NCBI GenBank assembly: GCA_963716725.1
Contig: CAVQUB010000033.1
Coordinates: 64,001 to 128,000, forward strand
Length of the DNA stretch: 64,000 bases
DNA from: an uncultured delta proteobacterium
GTDB lineage: Bacteria > Myxococcota_A > Polyangia > Polyangiales > Polyangiaceae
Direction: 5' to 3'
The notes beneath the pieces were generated by a model. The model had not been told where the DNA came from. It did not search any database and saw only the letters and a program-made list of their open reading frames with translations. Below are positions 40,926 through 52,500 of this stretch, piece after piece (positions within the stretch are counted from its first letter, which is position 1; every line of letters begins with the position of its first letter). The position numbers were made by a program, and so were the translations under genes.

Positions 40926-41624
40926 TCACTTGCCCGCGGCGGTGCGGATCGCAGCCTCGATGGCGGCGTCCTTCGCGGCGAGCTCGTCCGGCAGCTTCCC
41001 ACACGCGCCGTAATCCGTGACCTTCACCACCGCTTCGGCGGGCTCGCGGAAACCGACGCTGTCGCGGGTGAGCTGCACCACCCCTGGCGACCAAGGAACG
41101 ATGCGTTGGGCCGAGGTGCCAGGCGCGCTGACCAGGGCCATGACCGAGCAACCTGCCCCGGCCTTTGCGAACAGGATGCCGAGGGAGATGCCCTTGCAGC
41201 CGGCCTTGGGACACACGCGCTCGGGCTCGGGCCGCATGTCGATGGTGACCCTGCCGAGGACCTTGCGCGCGAGTTCCGCCAAGCGTGACTGCGCGCGGGC
41301 CGCGAGCTGGAGGGTCTCGGGATCGGGCTTGCCCGCGTCGCGGGGCAGCACGATGCGTGGCCAGAGCACCACCGCGCCCCCTTCGACGCCGGCGGATCGG
41401 CTGATCTCCGGCGCGTCGCCGGTCTGAGTCGCGCTGGGCGTCGCGGCGGGATCCGCGGTCGCCGCCGGTGGCGTGTACTCGGTGGTGACCGCCGGCGACG
41501 GTCCCGACCGCGCGGGCGTGACCGTGGGTGCGGGGTCTTCGGCCGGTTTCTGCGACGAAGCGTTGCAGGCCAAGAGCGCGAGGAGCACCAGCAGGGCCTG
41601 GGGGAGCGAAGCCTTGGTGATCAC
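40926..41624 (-). CDS. Hypothetical lipoprotein
   Basis: Lipobox LLAC, Pro/Thr linker and a globular Cys-containing domain (PEPERVCPKAGC). Confidence 0.6.
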   Translation of the reverse strand: MITKASLPQALLVLLALLACNASSQKPAEDPAPTVTPARSGPSPAVTTEYTPPAATADPAATPSATQTGDAPEISRSAGVEGGAVVLWPRIVLPRDAGKPDPETLQLAARAQSRLAELARKVLGRVTIDMRPEPERVCPKAGCKGISLGILFAKAGAGCSVMALVSAPGTSAQRIVPWSPGVVQLTRDSVGFREPAEAVVKVTDYGACGKLPDELAAKDAAIEAAIRTAAGK

Positions 41625-41737
41625 CGCGCAACGGTCGATGGAAGTGCCCGCGCTTGTCAACCGGACGGTCGCGCTGGAGGCCCCCGGGCTTCGACGCGTG
41701 TCTGTGGTGTCTGGGCGTGGGACTTGGATCACGACGC

Positions 41738-42436
41738 TCACTCGCGCTGTCGGCGCCCACGTCCGCCGCCACCGGAACCCATGCCGAGCTTCTTGTCGTC
41801 GTCGAGGGCTTTGTACTTGTCCATCTGACCGGAATCCAGGATCTGACCGAGCTTGCCTTCGGCCTTCTCGCGCTCCGTGCGCGCGCGATCCCGCCACTCG
41901 GCGCGAGTGCCGGGGCCCGCGTCGGCGTCCCGCGCGTTGCGCAGGGAATCGGAGTAGTCCTGCATCACCTGAGCGACCTTCTGCTTCTGCGCGTCGCTGA
42001 GGCCGAGCGCCGTGGTCATCTCGGCGCTCCACGCCGCCGCCAATTGCTTGCGTCGCTCGGCGCCGCGAGCCCCGCGCTCCTCGCGCCGTTCGTCCTCGAG
42101 TTGCTCGATGACGTCGCGCACCGCCAGCTGGAACACCGGATCGTCGATGGTCGGCCGGCCGCCGTTCGGGGAGGGCGGCGCAGTGTCGTCGCCGGCCGGC
42201 GCGGCGTTGGCCACGGCGCGTTCGAGGCGTCGAGTGCGCTCGGTGCGTGACGAGTTCTGCTCGAGCTCGGCGATGCGTTTCTCCAGATCGCTGCTGTCCG
42301 AGGTCGCCCCGGCCTCACGCGTCGCGGAGGTCGCCGGGGGAGGGGATCGCTGGGTCAGTCGGACCACCGCGCCGCCGGCCACGCCCCCGAGGAGAGCCGC
42401 TATGACCGCCGTCGCTACCGGTGAGAGCTGTGCCAT
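41738..42436 (-). CDS. Hypothetical membrane-anchored helical protein (Spy/CpxP-like LSDAQ repeats)
   Basis: N-terminal TM segment, coiled coil, LGLSDAQKQKV and ILDSGQMDKY. Confidence 0.55.
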   Translation of the reverse strand: MAQLSPVATAVIAALLGGVAGGAVVRLTQRSPPPATSATREAGATSDSSDLEKRIAELEQNSSRTERTRRLERAVANAAPAGDDTAPPSPNGGRPTIDDPVFQLAVRDVIEQLEDERREERGARGAERRKQLAAAWSAEMTTALGLSDAQKQKVAQVMQDYSDSLRNARDADAGPGTRAEWRDRARTEREKAEGKLGQILDSGQMDKYKALDDDKKLGMGSGGGGRGRRQRE

Positions 42437-42473
42437 GGCGAGAGCATGCCACCGGCATCGACGGCGTTAAACC

Positions 42474-44280
42474 TCACTTGATCGTCTTGTGGACCAGACA
42501 CGCAAAGCGGTCGCCGCTGTTGCAGGCGCGCTGCAGGTCCATGGTCGCTCCGGCCTTCTGGCCCTGCGCCGCGGTGACGACCCCGAGGCGCGTGCACGCG
42601 CGGCCGTCGTTCTTGGAGCACGCTTGCCGCCAGGCGCTCATGTCGGCGGCGTTTGGCATCACTCCAGAAGTCCCGCCGTACAGGACCTTCATTGCGGCGC
42701 AAGCGAAGGCATTCCGGCGCACGCACGCCATGTTGAAGCTGCGCTTGGCGCTGTCGCCACCGCCGCCGGCCTTGCCCGCCTCCAGTCGGCCCAAGTCCGC
42801 GCAGGCCTCGGCATTGCCCATGTAACAACCGCGCCGGTAGTGCATCTCGGCGATGATCGCGTTCTTGCCCGTGCCCTTGCCGGCCTCATGCATCTGCCCG
42901 AGCTCACTGCAAGCGACGCCATCCGCGCCCCGACAGGCCTTGGTGTAGAGCTGGAGCGCGACGCCCAGATCCTGAGTCACTCCGTCACCGGCTGCGTACA
43001 GGCGCGCGGCGTGGCCGCAGCTCTTGTCATAGCCGCCGTCGCAGCCGAGCTTCAGCTTTTCCGCCGCCTTAGCGGTGTCCTTGTTTGCCAGCAGGATGGC
43101 TCCCAGAAAACCGCAAGCCTCTGCGCCGCCATCGGCGCAGGCCTTGTCGAAGAGCTCGCTGGCCTTGGCCTCGTCCTTCGCCACGCCGTTTCCGTCGGCG
43201 AGCATTCGGCCTTGGTTCACGCAACCCGGCACGTCTCCGCCGGCGCAGGCCTTCTCGAAGAGCTGAGCGGCCTTGGCCGCGTCCTTGCTCGCGCCGTCTC
43301 CGGTGGCGTGCATCACGCCGAGGGCGCTGGCAGCTCCCGGCGTGGTTCTTCCCGCACTGCGCTTCACACTCGCTGGCGTTGCCCGGCTTGCATTGGTAGG
43401 CGGGCGCGTCGGCGGCCTTGGTGCACTTGCCTTCGGCCATCACCAGCCCGGCTGGGCACCCGCCCTCGCGCTTCGCCAGTTCGACCGCCGGTTCTTTGGG
43501 CGCTTTTTCGTCTGGCGCCTTCTCCTGGGTGATCGGCGCCAGCAACAGCCGCACCGGCGCGCCGCATTGATCCGGCGCGCTGTCGCCCTTGGAGGTCGCC
43601 GCCTTGCACGCGTTGAGGTCACCGTCCTTGTTTTGCACCTGGCGCTTGCTGGCCGACGCTCCGGAGGTCTCGGCGCCGAAGAACTCGGCGGCCGCCTTGG
43701 CTTCGCCGCTGGTGTTGCTCTCCATCACGAAGGCCCCGACGGTCGCGCCGCGCACGAAGTGGGTGGCGCCTTGGCACTTGCCGGCGAGATCGGCCTTGGT
43801 CGGCTCGCTCCAGGTGGTCTTCTGCTTGCCCACCATCACCATTGCCACGTCGAGCGACGAGCCGCGCTTGAGCTCCGCGCTGAGCTTCACGCCGCTGAGG
43901 GGGAGGTTCGCGCGAACTTCGTCGGAGTTGTTGAGGCGCACGACCTGCTCCTTGCGGGTCATGCCCATGTAGCCGTAGGTGCCGTCGATGCGGCAGTCCT
44001 TGAGCAGCTTGATGCCTTCGCAGCTGTAGCTGACCACCGCGACGCCTTCCTTCATCGCGATCTCGAGATCTCCGCGCTGGTCGGGCTTCCAGTCCACGAC
44101 CAAGGGCTCGCCGCCCTCTCCGACGCCCGCGCATTTGCCTTCTTCGAGCGCCTCGCCGGCGGTCGCCTCCTTGGGTCGCACCGCGTTGCCGACGCCGCCG
44201 GTGCCACAGGCGGCGAGGCCGGTCGCGGCGGTGAGGGTCAGCAGCATGCGAGAAGTGAAAGCTCGGGTCCGGTTCGACAT
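42474..44280 (-). CDS. Sel1-repeat lipoprotein; frameshifted near 43330
   Basis: Lipobox LAAC and an N-terminal domain in ORF 43069..44322. Cys-containing Sel1 repeats (AAQLFEKACAGG, LYTKAC) are in ORF 42474..43367. One extra base at tgc-c-agc joins them. Confidence 0.8.
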
Positions 44281-44381
44281 GGCGCGCATGATACGCCGAG
44301 CGGTGGGCCGGGGAAGGGGCACGAAACGCCGTTCGCCATGACTTTGACCGGCCCGGGACGAGCACGTACGCTCCCCGGCGA

Positions 44382-45335
44382 ATGCGCAAACGAGCCTGGT
44401 TGGCCATCGCGATCACCGCGACTGCGGGGGCGTGCGCGTTTCATTTCAGCCTCTCATCGGCCGAAGCTCAGAGCGCACGTGGAGCCTTGGCTCATGGCCT
44501 GGCCGCGCCGGGCCAGCAACTGAGCGGGCCGGTCGTCGATGCCCTGAGGCGCGAACGCGCGGAGGCCAGCGCTCGCGAACAGGAGCGAGATCGCCTCGAC
44601 GCTCAGCTTCGGCCCATGCCGGATCTCACGCAGACCGATCCCACGCTGGGTCTGCCCGGAGGCGGCGATGCTTGGTGTGGTCCGGTCGCCGTCTCGAACG
44701 CGCTGGCGTGGCTCTCGACCCAGGGGCGAGAGACGCTGATCCCCGGGGGCGATTCGCCGCGCGCCCAGCAGATCGATCTGATCCGCAAGATCGGCTCGGC
44801 GCGCTACATGGGCACGACCCCGAACGGCGGCACCGGTACCAACAACCTGCTCCGAGGTCTGCACGCCTTCATGCGCGACAGCGGCTGGGGCTACCGACGC
44901 CTGCAGTACCAAGGCTGGCGCGGTCATCCGGCGCGCTTCACGACGCGCGTGAAGTCCGCCGAAGTCGCCTTCATCGCCCAGGCGCTGTCCGAAGGGGGGC
45001 TCGCCGTGATCCACGCGGGCTGGTACACGCCCGCCAAATGGGGCGGAGATTTCTTCCGGCGCCATGGCGGACACTGGCTCACCGTCGTGGGCGCAAACGT
45101 CGACGAGACCGGTCACGCGGCAGAAGACACGCTGGTCGTCCACGATCCGGCGCCCTACGCCGGTGCCGAGGGAGCGCGGCACTTCGTCAAGCTCTCGACT
45201 CTGCAAACTGGCTGGCTTTTGGCCGAAGACGGCGCCTTTCCGGCCAAGGGCTACCGGAGCCTCGGGGGCGGCATGAAGATCAAAAAGGACGGCGACATTG
45301 CGGTGCTCGACGGCGCCGTGGTGCTCGTTCCCTGA
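44382..45335 (+). CDS. Exported papain-fold (C39-like) cysteine peptidase
   Basis: WCGPVAVSNAL (Cys), GHWLTVVG (His) and VHDP (Asp); N-terminal signal. Confidence 0.65.
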   Translation: MRKRAWLAIAITATAGACAFHFSLSSAEAQSARGALAHGLAAPGQQLSGPVVDALRRERAEASAREQERDRLDAQLRPMPDLTQTDPTLGLPGGGDAWCGPVAVSNALAWLSTQGRETLIPGGDSPRAQQIDLIRKIGSARYMGTTPNGGTGTNNLLRGLHAFMRDSGWGYRRLQYQGWRGHPARFTTRVKSAEVAFIAQALSEGGLAVIHAGWYTPAKWGGDFFRRHGGHWLTVVGANVDETGHAAEDTLVVHDPAPYAGAEGARHFVKLSTLQTGWLLAEDGAFPAKGYRSLGGGMKIKKDGDIAVLDGAVVLVP

Positions 45336-45348
45336 GCGCTGGACACAC

Positions 45349-45365
45349 TACTACGTCTGGTAGTA
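45349..45365. promoter_or_regulatory. BlaI-type operator box 1
   Basis: TACTAC-GTCTG-GTAGTA palindrome just upstream of the BlaI gene. Confidence 0.75.
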
Positions 45366-45384
45366 CATCTTGGATGTGCCGACC

Positions 45385-45774
45385 ATGTCGCTGATCCCGC
45401 TGGGCGAGCTCGAGTCCGCCGTGCTGGAGGTGCTCTGGAGCAGCCCGTCCGGGCTCCCGGTGCGCGACGTGCTGGCCCGTGTTCGGCGCAAGCCGGCCCT
45501 CGCTTACACGACGGTGCTGACGGTCCTCGACCGCCTGCACGGCAAAGGCGTGGTGGTTCGCGAGAAGGACGGCAAGGCCTATCGCTACGCGCCGACCGTG
45601 ACCCGTGAGGCGTGGTTCGGCGAGCGAGCGGCTCGCGCTCTCGCCAGCGCGAAGCCCGGTGCCGACGACGCCCTGCTGGTCGCGTTCCTCGACAGCACGG
45701 AGCGCGTCGACCCGGATCTGCTCGACAAACTCTCGGCGTTGATCGCGGCGCGGCGCAAAGGGAAGGCGAAGTGA
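45385..45774 (+). CDS. BlaI/MecI/CopY family repressor
   Basis: LGELESAVLEVLW, LAYTTVLTVLDRLHGKG and DGKAYRY. Confidence 0.92.
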   Translation: MSLIPLGELESAVLEVLWSSPSGLPVRDVLARVRRKPALAYTTVLTVLDRLHGKGVVVREKDGKAYRYAPTVTREAWFGERAARALASAKPGADDALLVAFLDSTERVDPDLLDKLSALIAARRKGKAK

Positions 45775-46745
45775 CCTCGCTCGCTGTGACGACGGCGGCG
45801 GTGTTCGTCGCGATGACGCTGGCCGCGGGGGCGTTGGTGTCCCTCGCAGCACGTTTCGTGCGCAGAGCCGCGTGGACCCGTGCCTCCACGCCCTGGGCGC
45901 TCTCCATCGTCCTCCCCCTCGTCGTGGGGCTGCTCGGCTGCGTCGCGCTGGTATTGCCGACCTCGCTCACCGGGTGCCACTGCCTCACGCACGCTCACCA
46001 CCCTCATGTGTGCCTCGCGCACGCGGCCCTCGCTGAGCCGCTGCTCATGCCCGCGCTGGCGTTGCTCGGGGTCTGGTTCGTGTTCGCGCTGCCCGGTGCA
46101 ATTCGGTTGACGCTTGCGCTGCTCGAGTCCTCCGGCCGGATCCGCCAGGTCCGCCGCATCACGCCGGAGCGAATCGGTGAGATCGACGTGCGCTTCGTGG
46201 ATTCGGGCATGCCCACGGCCTTCACGGCCGGTGCCCTCTCGCCGGTCATCGTCTTCGATCGCGCGCTCTGGGCCGCGCTGGGCGAACGGGATCGCGATGT
46301 GGTGTTGCAGCACGAGAGGGGCCACGTCGAGCGCGGCGATCCGCTCACCTCGCTGGTGCTGCGCGGCTGCCTGGCCCTGCAACCTTGGCTGCCCCGCTCG
46401 CTGTTTTCCCGCTGGAAGCACGCAGCGGAGTTGCACTGCGACCGCCACGCTGCCGAACGGATCGGCGACGCCTCCGCGGCCGCCGAGGCGCTGGTCAGCG
46501 TGGGTCGATTGCGGATCACGCCGCCACGTCCTGACGAGGCGTTGCTCGGGGTGTTCGGCGCTGAAGGGATCGAAGACCGCGTCTCGGCGCTGCTCGACGA
46601 CGAGCGCGGCGCGCGCGCTTCGCGGCGCAACGACGTGATCGCGATCTTGGTCCCAGCCTTGGGCGCGCTGGCGCTCGTCTTGGTGTGGCCCGGGGATCTC
46701 CTCCACCACGCCGTCGAGTCCGTGATCGGGCTTTTGCACCGCTGA
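45771..46745 (+). CDS. M56 (BlaR1-like) membrane metallopeptidase/sensor
   Basis: TM segments, PTAFTAG, HERGH (HExxH), ELHCD and IEDRV; GTGA-coupled to BlaI. Confidence 0.85.
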   Translation: MTSLAVTTAAVFVAMTLAAGALVSLAARFVRRAAWTRASTPWALSIVLPLVVGLLGCVALVLPTSLTGCHCLTHAHHPHVCLAHAALAEPLLMPALALLGVWFVFALPGAIRLTLALLESSGRIRQVRRITPERIGEIDVRFVDSGMPTAFTAGALSPVIVFDRALWAALGERDRDVVLQHERGHVERGDPLTSLVLRGCLALQPWLPRSLFSRWKHAAELHCDRHAAERIGDASAAAEALVSVGRLRITPPRPDEALLGVFGAEGIEDRVSALLDDERGARASRRNDVIAILVPALGALALVLVWPGDLLHHAVESVIGLLHR

Positions 46746-46756
46746 GGGGATCTGCA

Positions 46757-48064
46757 ATGCGGCCAATGAATCGAGCAGCCATATTTTCAAGTACTACGCG
46801 GCGTAGTATTGCCGCCGCGGGCGCGCTGCTGCTGCTCGCGGTCGCGCGCCCTGCGCCCGCTGACGTGGCGCTCGACGAGACGGGGGGCGCGGCTCGGATC
46901 TGCGGCGCCGGGCCGACCCGCACCGTGGCACGCGCCCTCGTCGCGCGCGCCGAAGCCGAGACCGAGGCCGCCAAGGTGCTGCCCAATCCCGAGCTCGTGG
47001 TCGAGCACGAGCGCATCTTCACTTCGGGCGGAGGCCACGAGACCACTGCCGGTGTGGGCGTGCCCCTGGGCATTGGGGGCCGCCGCTCCCTCGTGCGCGA
47101 AGCCGCCGGGGTCCGCCGGTCCGCCGCGCGCGCGGAGGCGAGCTTGCTGTTGATCCAGCAGTCCCTCGAGTTTCGAGCGCGTTTCGTCGAAGCCGCCACC
47201 GGGGCCGCGCGGGTGGAGGTCTTGGAAGAGCAGCAGCGTGCGCTGGACGATCTCGCCAGGATCATTCGTGCGTTGTCCAAGGGCGGCGAGGTGGCGGGCT
47301 ACGACCTGCTCCGACAACAAACGCAAGCGCGAGCGCATCTCCGCACGCTGAGTGGAGCCAAGGGTCGCGCCGCCTCATCGCGGCGCTGGCTCGAAGCCTG
47401 GGCCCAGTCGCCGGTGCGGCTGCCGACCGGGGATCTCGCGGGGCTTGGCGGGGGCGCGGGCGTCTTGGCCAAGGTCAGTGCTGCGCGTCGCAGCGAGCAC
47501 CCGCGTGTCCGCGCCCTCGAAGCGAACGCTCAGGCCGCCGGCCTCGAGGCCCGCGCCGCGCGCCGCCGCGCCGTGCCCGACATCGGGGTCTTCCTCGGCT
47601 ATCGCACGGTCACCGAGGGCTCAGGGGGGAGCGCGCGGACCGGTCACGGCCTGCGCGCGGGAGTGACCGTACCGCTGACCTTCTTCGACCACGGGCAAGG
47701 CGAGGCCGCGCGTGCCGACGCCGAGGCCCTGGTCGCTCGGTCCACTGCCTCGCACTTTCGTCGCGACGGATTTGCCCGAATCGACGCGCTCTCCGCACAG
47801 CTCGCGTTGCTCGAGAAGAGCCGGCCCGACGCGGCGCTGACCGCGAGGGACGCGAACGTGGTGCGAGACAAAGCCAAGCAGCTGTACGCCGCGGGTGAGC
47901 TCTCGATCACAGAGCTCCTCGAGGCCTTCCGGGCCGCGGAGGAGGCGCAGCTGGCGCGGATCGAACTGGCCGAAGAGATCGCCGCCACCCGGCTCGGGCT
48001 GATGCGCGCGCTCGGCACACAGCTCGATCCTCGGCTCGATGCCGCCTGCGGGAACCAACCGTGA
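46757..48064 (+). CDS. TolC/CzcC-family outer-membrane efflux protein
   Basis: LPNPEL, VPLTFFDHGQGE and YAAGELSITELL; GAGGGG RBS upstream. Confidence 0.85.
   Translation: MRPMNRAAIFSSTTRRSIAAAGALLLLAVARPAPADVALDETGGAARICGAGPTRTVARALVARAEAETEAAKVLPNPELVVEHERIFTSGGGHETTAGVGVPLGIGGRRSLVREAAGVRRSAARAEASLLLIQQSLEFRARFVEAATGAARVEVLEEQQRALDDLARIIRALSKGGEVAGYDLLRQQTQARAHLRTLSGAKGRAASSRRWLEAWAQSPVRLPTGDLAGLGGGAGVLAKVSAARRSEHPRVRALEANAQAAGLEARAARRRAVPDIGVFLGYRTVTEGSGGSARTGHGLRAGVTVPLTFFDHGQGEAARADAEALVARSTASHFRRDGFARIDALSAQLALLEKSRPDAALTARDANVVRDKAKQLYAAGELSITELLEAFRAAEEAQLARIELAEEIAATRLGLMRALGTQLDPRLDAACGNQP
46792..46808. promoter_or_regulatory. BlaI-type operator box 2
   Basis: TACTAC-GCGGC-GTAGTA, with arms and spacing identical to box 1, in the 5' end of the TolC gene. 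Confidence 0.7.
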
Positions 48065-49584
48065 TGCGCTGCGCGCTGCTGCTCGTGGTCATCATCATCG
48101 TCGCCGGGTGCGGGCGCGACGCCACCCACGATGGTCATGATCACGGGTCGGCGAAGGGCGAGGCCGAGCCCCTGTCGATCACCCAGTGGACCGAGAAGCA
48201 CGAGCTCTTCGTGGAGTTCCCTGTCCCGGTGGCCGGCAAGCTGGTCGAATACCACGCGCACGTGACCTCCCTCGACGGCTTCCGGCCGCTGACCGAGGGC
48301 AGCTTCCAGGTGCGCTGGCTGACGCCCGCGGGCGTTGCCGCCGAGACCAAGGTCGATGGCGTCAAGCGCGCGGGGATCTTCACGCCCGCCGGGCCCGCAC
48401 CCGCGGCGGGGACGTACACGCTGAAGATGAGCGTCCAGCACGGGGCCGTCAGCGACGAGTTCGACTGCGGGAGCATCGTCGTTGGGGACTCGGCGGGCCC
48501 GCCGGAGGCCGAAGCGCCGAGCGCGACCATCACCTTCTTGAAAGAGTCGCAGTGGAAGATCGCGTTCGGCACCGCGAGGGCCAGCGAGCGTCCGTTGACG
48601 AAAGAGATCGAGCTGCCCGCCACTGTGGAGCCGGCGGGCACCGACCAATTGGTGATCGGCGCACCGACCGGTGGACGTTTCTTCCACAACCCAAAGATCG
48701 GGCTGGCCGAAGGTCGCCCGATCCGCAAGGGGGACGTGGTCGGGAGCGTCGCGCCCACGGTCGCCGGTGAGGACTACAGCCGACTCACGCTCGCCGTCGA
48801 CGAAGCGCGGCTCGCGCTGGGCCAAGTCGAGCGAGAGACCAAGCGGGTGGAGCCCTTGGTGATGGAGGGGCTGCTGCCGGAGCGGCGGCTGCTCGAGCTG
48901 CGGAACGAGCGCGAGACCCAGAGCGCGCGCTTGTCGGCGGCCAAGAGCCGCGTGGGGCGCGTCTTGGCGCCGGGAGGCGCGGGCGGCTTGCCGATCCGAT
49001 CGACCATCGCCGGCATCGTCTCGCGGGTCCTGATCCCCAACGGGGAGCCGGTCGACGCCGGGGCGGCGCTGCTGCGCATCGGCGGGACCAGCAGCGTGTG
49101 GGTGAGATTGCGGTTCGTGGCACGACCCGCCGCGGAGCTGGCGGGCGCGTCAGCCGCCGGCGTGCGGTTGCCGAACGGGTCGCGCCTCGACATCGCCAGT
49201 GCGGGCGCGCGACTGCTCTCGGTCGCTCCAGTCATCGATCCGGCATCACGTATCGCCACCTGGGTGATCGAGGTGCCGCCCGCAAAGGACCAGGCGTCCC
49301 TCGAGGCGGGCATGCAGGTGGTAGTCATGCTGGGGATCGGCAAGCCCCGCACGGTGCTGGCGGTGCCGAAGAGCGCGGTGGTCGAGATCAACACCCGTCC
49401 ATTCGTCTTCGTGCAGGTGGACGGTGAGCACTTCGAGAAGCGTGCGGTGACCCTCGGTGACGCCGACGCGGCGCACGTCGAGATCAGCTCCGGCGTCGCC
49501 GTGGGCGAGCGCGTCGTGACCACCGGGGGCTTCGACGTTCACCTCGGCTCGCTGATGGGCAGCGTCGAGTCGCACCGACACTAG
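48061..49584 (+). CDS. RND efflux membrane fusion protein (CzcB/CusB-like)
   Basis: Lipobox VAGC, HDGHDH, ELFVEFP, AVPKSAV, GERVVTTG and C-terminal HRH. Confidence 0.88.
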   Translation: MMRCALLLVVIIIVAGCGRDATHDGHDHGSAKGEAEPLSITQWTEKHELFVEFPVPVAGKLVEYHAHVTSLDGFRPLTEGSFQVRWLTPAGVAAETKVDGVKRAGIFTPAGPAPAAGTYTLKMSVQHGAVSDEFDCGSIVVGDSAGPPEAEAPSATITFLKESQWKIAFGTARASERPLTKEIELPATVEPAGTDQLVIGAPTGGRFFHNPKIGLAEGRPIRKGDVVGSVAPTVAGEDYSRLTLAVDEARLALGQVERETKRVEPLVMEGLLPERRLLELRNERETQSARLSAAKSRVGRVLAPGGAGGLPIRSTIAGIVSRVLIPNGEPVDAGAALLRIGGTSSVWVRLRFVARPAAELAGASAAGVRLPNGSRLDIASAGARLLSVAPVIDPASRIATWVIEVPPAKDQASLEAGMQVVVMLGIGKPRTVLAVPKSAVVEINTRPFVFVQVDGEHFEKRAVTLGDADAAHVEISSGVAVGERVVTTGGFDVHLGSLMGSVESHRH

Positions 49585-49592
49585 GAGCCTCA

Positions 49593-52500
49593 GTGTTCGA
49601 CGCGATCATCCGAGGCTCACTCCGGCACGTCTGGCTGGTCATCGCCGCCACGTTGGTGCTGGTCGGCCTCGGCATCAACGCGCTCCGTCGGATGCCCGTC
49701 GACGTGCTCCCGGAGCTCGCCGCGCCCTCGGTGACGGTGGTGACCGAGACCGGCGGCATGGCGCCGGAGGAGGTCGAGAAGCTGGTCACGGTGCCCCTCG
49801 AGCAGGCGCTGAACGGCGCGCCGGGCCTGCGGCGGCTCCGCTCGAGCTCCGTCGTCGGCGTCTCGCTGATCTGGGTCGAGTTCGACTGGGACGTCGCGCC
49901 GCTCACCGCACGTCAGGTCGTTGCCGAGAAGCTCGCGGCTTCGCGCTCCACGCTCCCTCGGGGCATCGAGCCGCTGATGTCGCCGGCCTCCTCGATCATG
50001 GGGGAGATCATGTTCGTCGCGCTGACCGGGAGCGACGACGTCAGCGACACCGCGCTGCGTGACGCGGCCGAGTGGCAGGTCCGCCGGCGTCTCTTGTCGG
50101 TGCCCGGAGTCGCCCAGGTCGTGCCGATTGGCGGCGCGGTGAAGCAGGTCCAGATCGAGCTGTCGCCCAACGCGCTCATGCAAGCGCGGGTCGGGGTTCA
50201 GCAGGTGCTCGCGGCGCTGGATGGCGTTTCGGACAGCACGCCGGGTGGCTTCCACGTCGCGGGTGACCAGGAGTACCTGATCCGCGGGGTCGGCCGCTCC
50301 GCGAGCCTGGACGATCTTCGGCAGACGGTCATCGGTGAGCGCGACGGCGTGAATATCTTGCTGCGCGATGTGGCCAAGGTCGACTTCGGCGAGGCCATCC
50401 GTCGCGGTGCTGCCGCCGCCGACGGGAAGCGCGCCGTGGTGCTCAAGGTGCAGAAGCAGCCTCAGGCCAACACGCTCGAGCTCACCGAGCGCGTGGACGA
50501 GGCGCTGAGCGCCCTCGAGCCGGGGCTTCCTCCCGGGATTTCGCTGCACCGAAAGGGCTTCCGACAAGCCGACTTCATCAAGGTGGCGCTCAAGAACGTG
50601 AACGCCTTGCTGCGGGACGGCGCGATCTTGGTGGTGATCGTGCTCGCGCTGTTCTTGATGAGCTGGCGCACCACGCTCATCTCGGTGCTCGCGCTGCCGC
50701 TCTCGCTCTTGGCGGGCATCGTGGTCTTGCACCTGAGCGGCGCGTCCATCAACACCATGACGCTGGGCGGGCTCGCCATCGCCATCGGTGAGCTGGTCGA
50801 CGACGCCATCATCGACGTCGAGAACGTGTACCGGAGGCTGCGCGAGAACGCGGCGCTGCCCGAGGCCGAGCGGCGGCCGACGCGGGAGGTGGTGTACCTG
50901 GCGTCGCGTGAGATCCGCGGGTCGGTGGTGTTCGCCACGCTGATCATCTTGATGGTCTTCGCGCCGCTGTTCTTTTTGAGCGGGATCGAAGGCCGGCTGC
51001 TCGTGCCCCTCGGCGTGGCCTACGTGACGAGCATCTCCGCTTCGCTGGTGGTCGCGCTCAGCATCACGCCGGTGCTGTGCTGGTTGCTGCTCGGGCGCAC
51101 GGGATCTGCGCTGGCGGCGGACGGCCGAGTGGTCCGAACTCTGAAGGGCGTCTACCGCCCCACGGTCCGCGCGACGCTGCGCTACCCCGTGCCCATCGCC
51201 TTGGCTTCGATTTGCGGCGCAGCGGCGGCGATGATCGCCCTGGCCAACTTCGGGCGCAGCTTCTTGCCCGAGTTCAACGAGGGATCGCTCAACATCGCCG
51301 CGGCCACCGCGCCGGGAACCTCTCTGGAGACCTCGAACGCCATCGTCGGCCGACTCGAGCGCTACCTGGTCGAGCACCCTGCGGTGACCTCGGTGATCCG
51401 CAGCACTGGGCGGGCCGAACGTGACGAGCACGCGATGGACGTCAATTTCTCCGAGCTCGAGGTCGGGCTGAAATTGAAGCGGGGTCAGCGCGAGGAGGTC
51501 TTGCGGGACATCCGCCAGCACGTCACCGGGATCCCTGGCCTGTCGGTCAACGTCGGCCAACCCATCAGCCATCGCATCGAGCACCTGGTCAGCGGGGTCC
51601 GCGCCAGCGTTGCCGTCAAGATCTTCGGCCAGGATCTCGACCAGCTCCGAACGCTCGGTCAGCGCGCCGAGGCGACGCTGGGCTCGGTGCCCGGACTGGT
51701 CGACGTGGCGCTGGAACAACAGACGGAGATCCCGCAGATCGTGATCCGGCCCAAGGCGACGGAGCTCGGCGCCTTCGGGCTGACTCCGGGCGAGCTGTCG
51801 CGTTTCGTGGAGACCGCGATGGTCGGCCGGAAGGTCGCCGACTTCTGGCAGGCCGAGCGGGTTCACGACGTCGTGGTCCGCTTTCCCGAGAGCCACCGAT
51901 CGGACTTCGAGTCACTGGCCCGTACCCCGGTCGATGTGCGAGGGGAACGCTTCGCGGAGCTCCGCTCGATAGCGCGGGTGGAGAAGACCATGGGGCCGAA
52001 CCTGATCAACCGCGAGAACGTCCAGCGCCGGATCTTGGTCACCGCCAACGTCTCCGGGCGCGACGTGAAGAGCGCCGCGGCTGACGCGCTGGCGGCCGTG
52101 AAAAATGGCGTGCCCATGCCGCCGGGCTACCACGTCGAGCTGGGCGGGGAGTTCGAGCGAGAGGCCGCCGCGACTCGCACCATCGTCGCGCTCTCGGCCC
52201 TGGCCATCGTCGGTATGTTCGCCCTGCTCTGGGTGGCCTTCCGTTCGTGGCGGGACGCGCTGATGGTGATGGTGAACCTGCCCCTCGCGCTGGTGGGCGG
52301 GGTCGTCGCGGTCTGGATCGGCGGCGCCGTGGTGACGCTGGCCTCGCTGGTGGGCTTCATCACCCTCTTCGGCATCGCCGCGCGAAACGGCATCATGATG
52401 CTGACCCACTACCGTCACCTGCTGCGAGCTGGGTACAGCACCGAAGCCGCGGTGCTCGCCGGGAGCGTCGAGCGGCTGGTGCCGATCCTGATGACCGCGC

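Noticed and set aside
49617..51896. 759-aa antisense ORF, and similar long shadow ORFs (2104-4011, 12708-14663, 52247-54625)
   Set aside because: They overlap well-supported genes, have Arg/Ala/Pro-rich or mirror-codon composition and no motifs; this is expected in high-GC DNA.
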